Both the position numbers and the translations under genes were made by a program. 64,000 nt of DNA from a virus (lineage: Duplodnaviria; Caudoviricetes): IMG/VR virus record IMGVR_UViG_3300021425_003554; one strand, given 5' to 3'. The notes below the pieces were generated by a model. The model saw only the letters and a list, made by a program, of their open reading frames with translations, had not been told where the DNA came from and made no database searches. How positions within the stretch are numbered: position 1 is the first letter of the stretch; each line of letters begins with the position of its first letter. Positions 17,858 through 27,682 of this stretch are shown here, one piece after another.

Positions 17858-18313
17858 TTAATTGTCCTTGACTTTGGGCACATGAAATAAATCTATGCCT
17901 TTATCTAGCAATTTGTTTGTTTCTTCTTCTGTGGCTGTGCCAAAAAACTGATCATTTCTTTCACCTTGATCACATTTGATGGCTTCCTCGTAGAATCTAT
18001 TGCCCACGTTCTCAAAATTTTTGGTAATGTATTTGCCAATACGTCTCAGTACATTGGAAGCCTGTGAAGCCGGCATCATTTGTTCAGAAGACAGAGATTC
18101 CTCTCTCATTTGTTGTAGTCTTTCTTTCTTGGATTCAGATCTTGTTTTTGTTTTCTTGACATTGGGCGCCATGATGGCCTTGTTGACATAGGGACTGTCG
18201 CACACAGGACAAAGCAGTTGTCCTTTTTTCTTTTGTTTGGTAAATTCTTTACTATCTGGAAACCAACCGTCAAACTCGTGATCCAAATCACAGATAAGTC
18301 GATATTTTATCAT
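17858..18313 (-). CDS. DUF1178 family zinc-ribbon protein
   Basis: MIKYRLIC...HEFDGWF..S..F..Q...GQLLCPVC.S..V.KAIMAPNV; C-terminal VG.RFYEEA. Confidence 0.88.
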   Translation of the reverse strand: MIKYRLICDLDHEFDGWFPDSKEFTKQKKKGQLLCPVCDSPYVNKAIMAPNVKKTKTRSESKKERLQQMREESLSSEQMMPASQASNVLRRIGKYITKNFENVGNRFYEEAIKCDQGERNDQFFGTATEEETNKLLDKGIDLFHVPKVKDN

Positions 18314-18372
18314 ATACATACTTATTATAAAAGCAATTTGACAACAAGTCAATATTGTATTAGTATTATTAC

Positions 18373-18918
18373 ATGAAGTATAAAATTGAGGACACAGTAG
18401 ACAAAACAGGAGAACCTGTTTCGATATGGCATTCTGATTGTTTCGTACAAAACAAAGAACTTTACACGATATATGAAAAATCAATAGCCTTCATGATGGA
18501 GAAAGGCTGGGCAATGAATCCATCAGGACTCATAAAGTCCGATCACAAGGTTATATTTGCAGAGAACAAGGATGGACGACCCATGGGAGGAGTTGTGTAT
18601 GAATACCATCCATGGAATAGGCAAGGATGGATCGTGTTAATTTTCACAGCGGACGAATTCAGAGGCAGACATATTTACAGTCTACTACAAAAAGCACTCG
18701 AAGATGAGACCATCAAGTTGGGTGGTACCAGCATAGCCAGTCTGGCACACAAGGACAATGAACCCAGAATCAAGGCAGGAGCCAGGGAAGGAATGCATCC
18801 ACAATATCTTCGATTGTACAAAGATCTTTCCAATGAGTTAGAAAAAAGAAAAACTTATATGCAAATCAAATTAAAAAAAGAATGGAAAGACATCACTAAA
18901 GAAAGATGGAGAGGCTAA
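18373..18918 (+). CDS. GNAT-family acetyltransferase
   Basis: FTADEFRGRHIYSLL (motif A). Confidence 0.75.
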   Translation: MKYKIEDTVDKTGEPVSIWHSDCFVQNKELYTIYEKSIAFMMEKGWAMNPSGLIKSDHKVIFAENKDGRPMGGVVYEYHPWNRQGWIVLIFTADEFRGRHIYSLLQKALEDETIKLGGTSIASLAHKDNEPRIKAGAREGMHPQYLRLYKDLSNELEKRKTYMQIKLKKEWKDITKERWRG

Positions 18919-18919
18919 C

Positions 18920-19105
18920 ATGGCGTTAGAAATCAAACACAAAAACAAAATCGAAGAATACACACTGACCAATGAAGAACTACAAATACAAATTAAATTA
19001 TTATCGGCACAGATAGGTAATCTAGAAGTTCAAATAGCAGATTATAAACAGATTGTTGTAGAACTTTCACAAAAAATTAAAAATTTAGAGGCACAAATAA
19101 AGTAG
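18920..19105 (+). CDS. small coiled-coil protein
   Basis: heptad pattern. Confidence 0.6.
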   Translation: MALEIKHKNKIEEYTLTNEELQIQIKLLSAQIGNLEVQIADYKQIVVELSQKIKNLEAQIK

Positions 19106-19158
19106 ATATCAGTTAAATATATAGACAACAAGCAAAAATGTGTTAATATATTAAAATT

Positions 19159-19464
19159 ATGAAAAGAAGAACAAAAAGTATCCTCGAAGAATTAAGTTCA
19201 GTAAGAATTAACAAAGATGAATCTGAGCATTTTGTGGAGTCTAGAGCATCGCATATCATCGACTCTGCCATAAATTTGATATATTTCATAAGAGAAAATT
19301 TTACCCCGGAGACTGCTTACATCCTAGAAAAAAAGTTTAATTCGTCGATAAAGAACCTCGATGCCAGTAAGTTCACAAGAGGTGTCAACAAACTAAAAGA
19401 TCTAAAAGAAGTCAAGAAGTCTTTAACTATCAAAGAGGGTGAATTACAAGAAGAGGACGACTAA
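19159..19464 (+). CDS. conserved-type phage hypothetical protein
   Basis: ORF coupled to the next gene. Confidence 0.7.
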   Translation: MKRRTKSILEELSSVRINKDESEHFVESRASHIIDSAINLIYFIRENFTPETAYILEKKFNSSIKNLDASKFTRGVNKLKDLKEVKKSLTIKEGELQEEDD

Positions 19465-20684
19465 TGTTAATTGAAGAAGTCCTTAGAGAGTTCAAAAGAA
19501 CACACCTAGAGCACATTGAAGATATTATCCTCACATCCGGATATCAAGGAGGTGAAGCAGTAGTCGGCTATTTCACTGACATATATAATATGCTGAAAGG
19601 ACAGAGTTCAACAGCATTACAGATGTCAGTGAAATGGGATGGTGCTCCTGCTGTTATTTGTGGCATCAATCCTGCAAATGGAAAATTTTTCGTTGGTACC
19701 AAATCAGTATTTGCCAAATCACCAAAAATAAATTATACCAAAAAAGATATCGCAACAAATCACGGAACTGGAGATTTGGGAGAGAAACTATTAAAATGTT
19801 TGGTGCATTTGTCCAAATTGAACATACAAGGAGTTGTACAGGGAGATATGATGTTTACCGACAACGATCTTGTGAGACAAAAGATCAACGGAGAAAACTT
19901 TATCACATTCAAACCCAACGAAATTGTTTATGCTGTTCCCGAAAATTCCGAAATAGGCAAAACGATATCACAAGCAAAAGTAGGAATTATTTTTCACACA
20001 ACATACACAGGTGAATCATTGGGAGAAATGAACGCCCAAGCAGGCGCAGATATATCTTCTTTCGTTAAAACTAACGATGTATGGTATGACAACGCCACTT
20101 ATAAAAATGTTTCGGGCTCGGCCACTTTTACAGCATCTGAATCTAAAAGTTTTGCCAGTGGTATCCAAACACTAAAAAAACTTTTGTCAAACGTTCCACA
20201 AAATTTATCAGCCATGTTATCAACCAACAAAGAGTTCATTCCGATGTTCCAGATGTTTATAAACTCAGAAGTCAAACAAGGACGTTTGCCTGATAACGTC
20301 AATCAATTTCTAAAAGGTTTTCAAGAATTCTATGTTGCAAGAATGAATCAACAAATGGCTGGACTGAAAGCACAAAAGGCCATTCAACTAAGACAACAAA
20401 AAATGAAACAGATGCCGGCATTTATGAACACAATAAAAAAACCATTACAGGTCATGCTGACTTTTTACAAACAAGTGCAAATACTAAAAGCAGAAGCACT
20501 CCAAAAAATGAACCAAGCCATGCAGGTTGGCACATTTGCTCAGACTGAGAATGGTTTGGAAGTCACAGACCCGGAAGGTTTTGTTGCTGTTGGATCGGAC
20601 GGTGGTGCAGTCAAATTAGTGGACAGGCTCACATTCTCAAGAAGAAACTTGAGTGCCATCAAAAAATTTGATAAAACCCAATAA
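19464..20684 (+). CDS. DUF6267-like protein of T4-like marine phages
   Basis: THLEHIED, VKWDGAPA, FFVGTKSVF, QGDMMF, FKPN.I.YAV, PEGFV, VKLVDR..FSR.N. Confidence 0.8.
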   Translation: MLIEEVLREFKRTHLEHIEDIILTSGYQGGEAVVGYFTDIYNMLKGQSSTALQMSVKWDGAPAVICGINPANGKFFVGTKSVFAKSPKINYTKKDIATNHGTGDLGEKLLKCLVHLSKLNIQGVVQGDMMFTDNDLVRQKINGENFITFKPNEIVYAVPENSEIGKTISQAKVGIIFHTTYTGESLGEMNAQAGADISSFVKTNDVWYDNATYKNVSGSATFTASESKSFASGIQTLKKLLSNVPQNLSAMLSTNKEFIPMFQMFINSEVKQGRLPDNVNQFLKGFQEFYVARMNQQMAGLKAQKAIQLRQQKMKQMPAFMNTIKKPLQVMLTFYKQVQILKAEALQKMNQAMQVGTFAQTENGLEVTDPEGFVAVGSDGGAVKLVDRLTFSRRNLSAIKKFDKTQ

Positions 20685-21683
20685 GGTTTTGTTTATTTCA
20701 TTCTGTAGAGCAGACCTATTAAAAAAATGTTTTGAATTGTGGTCTCTGATAAGTGTTGACTCTTTGTATAACTCTTCGGCTTTCTGATCTTTCAAAAACT
20801 TACACAACTTAACAATGGCATCAATTCTTTTATCACTGTCATTTTCTTTATCATAACTCTCGTCGAACAAGGTACTGAAAGTTTTAAATCCCATCTCATT
20901 TAACTCCTGTAGATAATTTGGTTTGCTGTGTACTATGAATATCTGTTTCATTAATATGGGTTTCCATATTTTTTCTGTTATGAATGTCTCACCAAAGTCG
21001 TGTGTTTCCGAAACTATATTGTAGGAAGAATGATTGTACGGAAGTTCATAGATGTCTCTATCTTTTCCGTACTTTGGATAATTGTTGACATCCACCCATG
21101 GTAATTCATATTTTGGATCTAAGTTTTTGTTTTCGCTAAGGAAACTGTACAAACTATCGGCCAATAATCCCTCTGACTGTAACTTTTTAAACAGTTTTAT
21201 CCTGTGAGGTCTTTCCTGTTTGTTTAGATAAAAAAAATCAAATGTTTTTTTTGAATGATCTATGTCAAATTTCTGATCTTTGTACCTTTCAAACATCATC
21301 CACCAAAACCAACTTGATCCCCCGGTCCAGTAGGTATATCTGTTTTCTTCTATGACGATTTTTCTTAATTGCTTTATGATTGTGTGCTTGGACTCCCAGG
21401 GATTTGAAATTATCATAACAAACTTGTTTTTGACAAGATATTCGATTCGATCGTACAAGTCTTTCCAATAAAAATCATTTTCCCATAATTTGTAGTTTCC
21501 TATTCGATGATCTATCACAGCAAACTTTCTTTTATACTTTTTTAAATCATAAGAGGGTATGGAGTACCAATCACTGGTGCATTCAAATGTTTGATCATTC
21601 AACGAATGCATATCGATAAAAGATTGTAACTGTTGATGGTTTCCAGTCTTGAGTATATCGGTTAATATTAAGTTGTGTTCCAT
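20637..21683 (-). CDS. putative glycosyltransferase (GT10-like C-terminus)
   Basis: IVSET...FITEKIWKP...GFKTF...FDESYD. Confidence 0.55.
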   Translation of the reverse strand: MEHNLILTDILKTGNHQQLQSFIDMHSLNDQTFECTSDWYSIPSYDLKKYKRKFAVIDHRIGNYKLWENDFYWKDLYDRIEYLVKNKFVMIISNPWESKHTIIKQLRKIVIEENRYTYWTGGSSWFWWMMFERYKDQKFDIDHSKKTFDFFYLNKQERPHRIKLFKKLQSEGLLADSLYSFLSENKNLDPKYELPWVDVNNYPKYGKDRDIYELPYNHSSYNIVSETHDFGETFITEKIWKPILMKQIFIVHSKPNYLQELNEMGFKTFSTLFDESYDKENDSDKRIDAIVKLCKFLKDQKAEELYKESTLIRDHNSKHFFNRSALQNEINKTLLGFIKFFDGTQVSS

Positions 21684-21701
21684 TTTACGGTAAATATTTC
21701 T

Positions 21702-22274
21702 ATGTTAATGCCCTTCATACAGTATGTATCTGAAGCAAGAGTGGTTCGAAGACAAAACGACCTACAACGCTTCACGTTCCAAGATATACAAGAGCGTATA
21801 TATCTAACATTTTTGGGTTTGTCTCTACTAAAAAATATCAACAACGAAGGAAAACAGTGGGCAAAAATGTATGCTCAAAGCACACTGACTTATGGTGATT
21901 TTAAAATCGTGAGAACATCAGGAAACGATTTATACAATATGCTATCGGTCGTGGATGGTAAAGAAGACATAGTCAAAAAATTGAGAAATCCAAAACAGGC
22001 AGAGGCGTTGAGACAAAGGTCCACCTTGCCGACACTGGCTGTGAAACGTTACCTAAGGAAATTGTCTGATGATTATGACTTCCTCACAAAATTAGAAAAC
22101 ACACTCAACATCAGCAACGTCGAATACAAAAACCTACGTAGAAGCATCAGTGATTATTCAAATCTCAAAAAAACAGATAAGAACAATGTCAATCACAGAA
22201 TGGCAAAATTATTACAAAATAAATTACACGCCACAGATATAACAAAAAAAATAAAACAACTGCTGGGACAATGA
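21702..22274 (+). CDS. late hypothetical protein
   Basis: GGTAAATA-N5-ATG; start moved to MLMPF. Confidence 0.7.
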   Translation: MLMPFIQYVSEARVVRRQNDLQRFTFQDIQERIYLTFLGLSLLKNINNEGKQWAKMYAQSTLTYGDFKIVRTSGNDLYNMLSVVDGKEDIVKKLRNPKQAEALRQRSTLPTLAVKRYLRKLSDDYDFLTKLENTLNISNVEYKNLRRSISDYSNLKKTDKNNVNHRMAKLLQNKLHATDITKKIKQLLGQ

Positions 22275-22552
22275 AACACATAGGTGCAATATTAGGTCCC
22301 CCGGAAAACTATTACAACAAAAAGTTTGCATGGATACCAACACGTTTAAAAAACGGATCGTATGTTTGGCTCACCGATTACATGGAAAAAGAAACCACCT
22401 GGCGTTGGTACAAAGGAGCACCCGTGCTATATAAAATCAATATCAGTATGCATGAAGCCATGCTGGAAGGATTGAAAGAAATAAATCATAAAAGATATCA
22501 CACCAAGTCACATTATCAGGCATGGGAAGATGATTACATGGGCAGAGATTAA
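22271..22552 (+). CDS. hypothetical protein
   Basis: ORF; KFAWIPTRL...VWL pattern. Confidence 0.6.
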   Translation: MKHIGAILGPPENYYNKKFAWIPTRLKNGSYVWLTDYMEKETTWRWYKGAPVLYKINISMHEAMLEGLKEINHKRYHTKSHYQAWEDDYMGRD

Positions 22553-23281
22553 ATGAAAAAAGTAAAATGTTTTAGATGTGCTTGTGATACACACTGTGGA
22601 AATGCTTGTGCCAACTGTGAGAATTGTGATCATTGCGACTGCTCCAACTGCCTTCAAAAAGATAATGTATATCCGACCGGCAAAGACTTTTGGGTGGCAT
22701 ACAATGGTCAACATACCCAACCCACATTCGTCAAGGATGCCGGTGATGGACAATCTGAACTGAGAAGAGAAGCCTACTCACACATCAAAAGTTGGAGAGG
22801 GTGCATAGACGCAGGAGCCAATGTGGGTATGTGGACACGAAACCTAATGAAAGATTTTGAGATAGTACACTGTTTTGAACCCAACCCGATATTTGTGGAA
22901 TGTTGGAAAAAGAACATACCTCATGACCAAAATGCCATCTTGCATGAATTTGGACTGGGAGATGTTGAGAGCACGGCCACCTTCCACGAACCACTACACC
23001 AAATGCTTGATCGTACTCCTGGTAGCATACACATCAAGACCCTGGACAGTTTTGAACTGACCAACATCGATTTCATAAAGATAGATGTGGACGGATACGA
23101 AGACCTGTTAATGAAAGGTGCTGTGGAAACTGTTGCCAACAACAGTCCTGTGATCAACATAGAAATGAAAAGAGCAAAAAGACCACACGTGGTGCGAGTA
23201 GCAGAAGACATATTGAAAAAACTGGGTTATAAAATCAAAAAACGTACCAGAAGTGATGAAGTTTGGTTAAAATCATTATAA
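22553..23281 (+). CDS. FkbM-family methyltransferase with Cys-rich N-terminal extension
   Basis: IDAGANVG.W, FEPNP, TLDSF...DFIKIDVDGYE..MKGA. Confidence 0.85.
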   Translation: MKKVKCFRCACDTHCGNACANCENCDHCDCSNCLQKDNVYPTGKDFWVAYNGQHTQPTFVKDAGDGQSELRREAYSHIKSWRGCIDAGANVGMWTRNLMKDFEIVHCFEPNPIFVECWKKNIPHDQNAILHEFGLGDVESTATFHEPLHQMLDRTPGSIHIKTLDSFELTNIDFIKIDVDGYEDLLMKGAVETVANNSPVINIEMKRAKRPHVVRVAEDILKKLGYKIKKRTRSDEVWLKSL

Positions 23282-23376
23282 TACAGCATAAATTACCATA
23301 GTTTACCATAAATAATTGCAACGTGTCACCGGAGCGGTGACTCGCCATTAACGAAGAGAAAAAAAGGAGAAAAACA

Positions 23377-23742
23377 ATGGCAACGATATCAAGAAATATC
23401 AGCACGACTCCATTTGCAGTGGGAACTTATGTTCAAACTGGAAACGTTGGAGCATTCAAAGTAACGTGTCAAAACTCATCAGATGCGGCTCAGGATCTAA
23501 GAAACGAGACTGGTGCAAACGAAGTTATTCAGATGATTTTACACGCAACAAATGCCATCGGTTACACGATCGCAGATGCTAACACAGGCGTTATCTCATT
23601 ATTAGTAGATAACTCTCAGTGGGACGCGGCTGGCTTACAGACTGCGATCAGAGGATTAGGATCTGTAACAGGTGACGACTCAACTTCAATCGACCTAACT
23701 GGTTCGGATGTGGTTGCGGCAACAACATTAACAGTAGCATAA
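23377..23742 (+). CDS. putative virion structural protein
   Basis: late promoter at 23307, AGGAG SD, A/G/T/S-rich. Confidence 0.6.
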   Translation: MATISRNISTTPFAVGTYVQTGNVGAFKVTCQNSSDAAQDLRNETGANEVIQMILHATNAIGYTIADANTGVISLLVDNSQWDAAGLQTAIRGLGSVTGDDSTSIDLTGSDVVAATTLTVA

Positions 23743-23769
23743 TACTGATAATAAATTAGGAGAAAAACA

Positions 23770-24108
23770 ATGGCTGATTTAACATCATCTACAACAATAG
23801 CACCTAACTACGCAAAGTTAAATGTTAACACTAGCGGTTTAGGAGCAAAAACGTTAATCGTAACTATCGCGAAAGATTCTGGCGATGCAACTGAGGCTCA
23901 ATTAAAATCTGTAATTAGAGCATTAGAAGTATCAGGTGGATCTGGAAACGGTACAGACACAAACGGTCCAGACGCATTCGTGTGTGTTGGTCTTTCTGGA
24001 ACAATCGGAACTGACCCAGTATACGCGGCATTCCAAGGTAATGGAACTATAGCGACTGCACCAGTAAGTGGTTACACAGTAACAACTGTTGCGACTTTCA
24101 ACGTATAA
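23770..24108 (+). CDS. putative virion structural protein
   Basis: AGGAG SD, A/G/T-rich; followed by a terminator. Confidence 0.6.
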   Translation: MADLTSSTTIAPNYAKLNVNTSGLGAKTLIVTIAKDSGDATEAQLKSVIRALEVSGGSGNGTDTNGPDAFVCVGLSGTIGTDPVYAAFQGNGTIATAPVSGYTVTTVATFNV

Positions 24109-24140
24109 TAAATTCTGATTGTTAACACAATCATTATTTT

Positions 24141-24179
24141 GAAAGGGTGAGCATTTATTTGTTCACCCTTTCGTCTTTT
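24141..24179 (+). terminator. rho-independent terminator
   Basis: GAAAGGGTGA...TTCACCCTTTC hairpin. Confidence 0.75.
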
Positions 24180-24199
24180 GTAAATACCTTGTAAACATC

Positions 24200-24673
24200 A
24201 TGCACAACTTTTGTATCATAACTTTGGTAGACATTGGTAATCCCGGGAACACAACATTACCTTTTCCCTTCACCTCCCCCACAGGAGTGTTGGTGGATAG
24301 CAAAGACACACTGGAAACTGTGAGATTGCAGAAAGCCAATTTCGTCACGGTGCAACAACTGATACAGTTGAGGGCCAACGTGGATTGGGACCACGATCCT
24401 GTAAAACAATCAGTTGATCTAAAGGAATTCCATTTTGGATCTTTCTACAAAGAAGGCAAACAGAACATATGGTCCTTCACATGGAGGACCGAGCAGACTG
24501 GTGCTTACAGTGATGGCGATAACGGAGTGGCTGGATTGATAACAGATTTTGACCTGATACCAACACACGGCTTTTTACAGGAAACAGTCACATTTCCGGC
24601 CAATTGCTTCAACACGCAGGATACAAAATTTAAAAATACATACTTTATTGATATAGGCCCGACAGATAAATAA
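24200..24673 (+). CDS. hypothetical late protein
   Basis: ORF; TAAATA upstream. Confidence 0.7.
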   Translation: MHNFCIITLVDIGNPGNTTLPFPFTSPTGVLVDSKDTLETVRLQKANFVTVQQLIQLRANVDWDHDPVKQSVDLKEFHFGSFYKEGKQNIWSFTWRTEQTGAYSDGDNGVAGLITDFDLIPTHGFLQETVTFPANCFNTQDTKFKNTYFIDIGPTDK

Positions 24674-24735
24674 TAGTATATTAGGCTCAAATAGGCAGAT
24701 CAACTTCTCAAACAGGCAACAAAAACTGCATCCAT

Positions 24736-24990
24736 ATGGATGCGAAAAAGAGAACTATTATGAGTGATTTAGAAAAAACAAATTTGGAAGCACACGTGGA
24801 CCTTTGCGCCGAAAGGTATAAAGGCCTACACGATCGCCTGTCGTCAATTGAACTGGCATTGAAAAGAATCAACGACGACTTGTTGAACAATCACAAGAGT
24901 TCCAATAAAACTTTGATCATGACCGCGGGTACCGTGGTAGCAGGATTACTATCAACGATTGTTGTGATCCTGATGAAGATGCCCTCATAG
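24736..24990 (+). CDS. coiled-coil protein with C-terminal TM helix
   Basis: LEAHVDLCAERY...; C-terminal hydrophobic helix. Confidence 0.7.
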   Translation: MDAKKRTIMSDLEKTNLEAHVDLCAERYKGLHDRLSSIELALKRINDDLLNNHKSSNKTLIMTAGTVVAGLLSTIVVILMKMPS

Positions 24991-25013
24991 AATTCAAACT
25001 TAAACTTTAAAAA

Positions 25014-25235
25014 ATGTTCATACAATTATCTCGATATGCTCGAGTCTACATAACACAAAGACAAATTGCTTTTATAAAAAAATATAAAAGTAAATTACCA
25101 ATCCTACAAAGCAACCTCGATGTGGAAGACATAGAAACTGCAAGGATATTGGCCAGCAAGGGTGCTCTGGTAAGAAAAAAACTTGTTGATGATACCCAAT
25201 ATGCATTAAATAGAAGCATACGTTTAGTTAAGTAG
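25014..25235 (+). CDS. hypothetical protein
   Basis: ORF. Confidence 0.6.
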   Translation: MFIQLSRYARVYITQRQIAFIKKYKSKLPILQSNLDVEDIETARILASKGALVRKKLVDDTQYALNRSIRLVK

Positions 25236-25246
25236 TATGAATTTCT

Positions 25247-25777
25247 ATGGCAAAAAAAATTGTTGATAATAAAAATGAGATACTTGAGAGTCAAATAAAA
25301 TCCTACAATCTCAAGAACAAATTAAATGAACTGGCCAAAAACGACGAAAAGCAAAGACCTTTTCGACATTTACCAAAACAGTTTTCCAAAGGTATCTTAA
25401 TTGGTAATATCGCAATCGTCCCCAAGAAGATAGATCCAACCAGATATGTTTATGTGATAGCGGACATGACACAGGCAAAGATTTTGTATGACAGTATTTT
25501 CCTCAAACAGACTGCCATATTGGTTGCACATTATCTGGCAGATAAAAAAAACATACCTTCTCAAATATTAACATTGGATGAACAATTCGCATCAAAACTA
25601 TTTGATATAAAGAACTTCAAGAGGTTCTATAAAATGGCAGTCAAAGAAAACGATGACGACAAGGAGTTTGTTTATTCTAACAAATTGATAGAGACCAACA
25701 GGCGAGCAGACGAGATAAAGTCAGAAATACATCAAATATTCGATCACACATTTAGGTTTTTAAATGATTATAAATAA
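25247..25777 (+). CDS. hypothetical protein
   Basis: ORF. Confidence 0.7.
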   Translation: MAKKIVDNKNEILESQIKSYNLKNKLNELAKNDEKQRPFRHLPKQFSKGILIGNIAIVPKKIDPTRYVYVIADMTQAKILYDSIFLKQTAILVAHYLADKKNIPSQILTLDEQFASKLFDIKNFKRFYKMAVKENDDDKEFVYSNKLIETNRRADEIKSEIHQIFDHTFRFLNDYK

Positions 25778-25795
25778 CAGTAAATATATATTATT

Positions 25796-26098
25796 ATGGC
25801 TACTAAAGTAACATATACATTTATTATACCTGTTGGCAAGGTAAGATATTTCAGATCTAGTCCTGAACTAGAAGAGTTATGGCGAACCTATTGTTTAACA
25901 ACCATAGACACAAAAGTCACAACAACAAAAGAAGTCACTAGCATGGATGGTGCAAACAAGCTCGTATTAACCACACACTGGCCAAACGATGCTGATTACA
26001 AAGATTTTGAGTCTAAAATCAGTAGTCATACTGACGCTATTAATGAGTACAATAGAATAAATAACATACAAGTAACAAGAGTTATTGAAAAACTTTAA
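25796..26098 (+). CDS. hypothetical protein, paralog of 26114
   Basis: shared TF.IP.G.VR.F and W..A...F motifs. Confidence 0.7.
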   Translation: MATKVTYTFIIPVGKVRYFRSSPELEELWRTYCLTTIDTKVTTTKEVTSMDGANKLVLTTHWPNDADYKDFESKISSHTDAINEYNRINNIQVTRVIEKL

Positions 26099-26113
26099 AT
26101 TTGGAGAAAAAAA

Positions 26114-26413
26114 ATGGCGATAAGAACAACACAAACTTTTAATATACCAGCAGGTTCTGTCCGTTTTTTCAAAACATATGCTCCTTTGAGAACTGAAATC
26201 ATGAGAATGACGGAAGCAGGAGAGATACAAACTGAAAAAACTGTGACTGCGAACGCAGATGGTTCACATGCATTAAAGATTGTAAACGTTTGGACTAATC
26301 AAGCGGCATTAGATAAATTTGACGCATTCGTAGAAACAATAGCAGATCAAGTAGATGCCTACAACAATGAGCAAGGTATTACAAAATCTGAAAGAACAAC
26401 AGAAACAGTTTAA
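26114..26413 (+). CDS. hypothetical protein, paralog of 25796
   Basis: see paralog; GGAG SD. Confidence 0.7.
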   Translation: MAIRTTQTFNIPAGSVRFFKTYAPLRTEIMRMTEAGEIQTEKTVTANADGSHALKIVNVWTNQAALDKFDAFVETIADQVDAYNNEQGITKSERTTETV

Positions 26414-26415
26414 TA

Positions 26416-27261
26416 ATGAAAGCATTAGATCTAACTAAGAAAGTAACCACAGAATCTTTATTGAAAGAATTTGAATCTAGATTCGGACAAACACTTGACC
26501 TTTCTGGGTTAAGCAAGATCCAACTGGAAAACATGGCCAACATGGTTAGGACTAAAATTCATACAATCACAGACAACACACATTTTGGCAGAGAGCTAAA
26601 TGATGCAAATTATCAAAAACATCAAATGATGTTGGACGTGATAAATCAAGCAATCAAAGAAGTTGATGCAGGATTTACAAAAAAAGCATTAAGCGATCCC
26701 AAGACACAACAGATGATCAAGAAAATTGAAAGAACACCTCAACTGACCGACATAGAGAAAAAAGCAGTGGTGGGTGATCTATTAAGCAAAGAGTCTGTTC
26801 AAGAAGGTGTGGAGCAACAATCAGAATTGATCCTGGCCGCCAAAGACATGATGGACAAGGTAACAGGTTATCTAGAAGATCTGGCCACAATGAAAACTGA
26901 AAGTATGTTAGAACTGGCAGACAGAATCAGAGATGAGATGGGTGCCGACAAGGCAGATGCATTTATCTCAACTGTTCAACCAGCACTGGAAACAGCAGAA
27001 TCCACATTGACACAAACAAGGCAAGACCTTGACAACGGTGTGAGAATTTTGACTGGTGAGGAAACTGCTTCGGAACCAATGGGTGCCGACGACACAGCAG
27101 AATTGGACACTGAATTGGATTCATTAGATTCAGAAACAGACGAGTTTGGAACCACAGATGCAGAAGCAGGTGGCACAGAACCAGAAGGCAGAGAACAAAG
27201 AGAATCGCGTGAAGTTTTTGAATCATCATCAAGAATATACGCAAAACTTGCCGGGAAGTAA
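26416..27261 (+). CDS. helical acidic late protein (possibly head assembly)
   Basis: ORF; acidic low-complexity C-terminus. Confidence 0.65.
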   Translation: MKALDLTKKVTTESLLKEFESRFGQTLDLSGLSKIQLENMANMVRTKIHTITDNTHFGRELNDANYQKHQMMLDVINQAIKEVDAGFTKKALSDPKTQQMIKKIERTPQLTDIEKKAVVGDLLSKESVQEGVEQQSELILAAKDMMDKVTGYLEDLATMKTESMLELADRIRDEMGADKADAFISTVQPALETAESTLTQTRQDLDNGVRILTGEETASEPMGADDTAELDTELDSLDSETDEFGTTDAEAGGTEPEGREQRESREVFESSSRIYAKLAGK

Positions 27262-27266
27262 TCCCG

Positions 27267-27626
27267 ATGAGATTCCGAGAATTTCAAGATCCCAAAACAC
27301 AAGAATTGCAATCCGCAGTCATGAATACGTTGACCAACCTTAGAGGTTCAGCCGACGATGTTGATCAAACTTCGGAAATCAGTTTTGATGCCTTGGAGCA
27401 GATATTGAAAAACACAGGATATCCCATGTTCAACTATAATCTTTTCAAGTCCATGTACGACAGTTCCGATGTTTTAAAAAGTGTTGTTGATGATTTTGAT
27501 CAAGAAAAAGTCATATTGAAAACTGAGAAACAAGCCGAAAAAGATCCAGAAATGGATTTTGACGACCAAGGGTCCACGGATAAAGTTAAGCAGATGGCCA
27601 AGTCTGCTATGAAACACAGACAATAA
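27267..27626 (+). CDS. hypothetical protein
   Basis: ORF. Confidence 0.7.
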   Translation: MRFREFQDPKTQELQSAVMNTLTNLRGSADDVDQTSEISFDALEQILKNTGYPMFNYNLFKSMYDSSDVLKSVVDDFDQEKVILKTEKQAEKDPEMDFDDQGSTDKVKQMAKSAMKHRQ

Positions 27627-27682
27627 TTCATAATCAGAATTTTATTGTAATATAATCTAATATACTATATAATTTTTACTGT

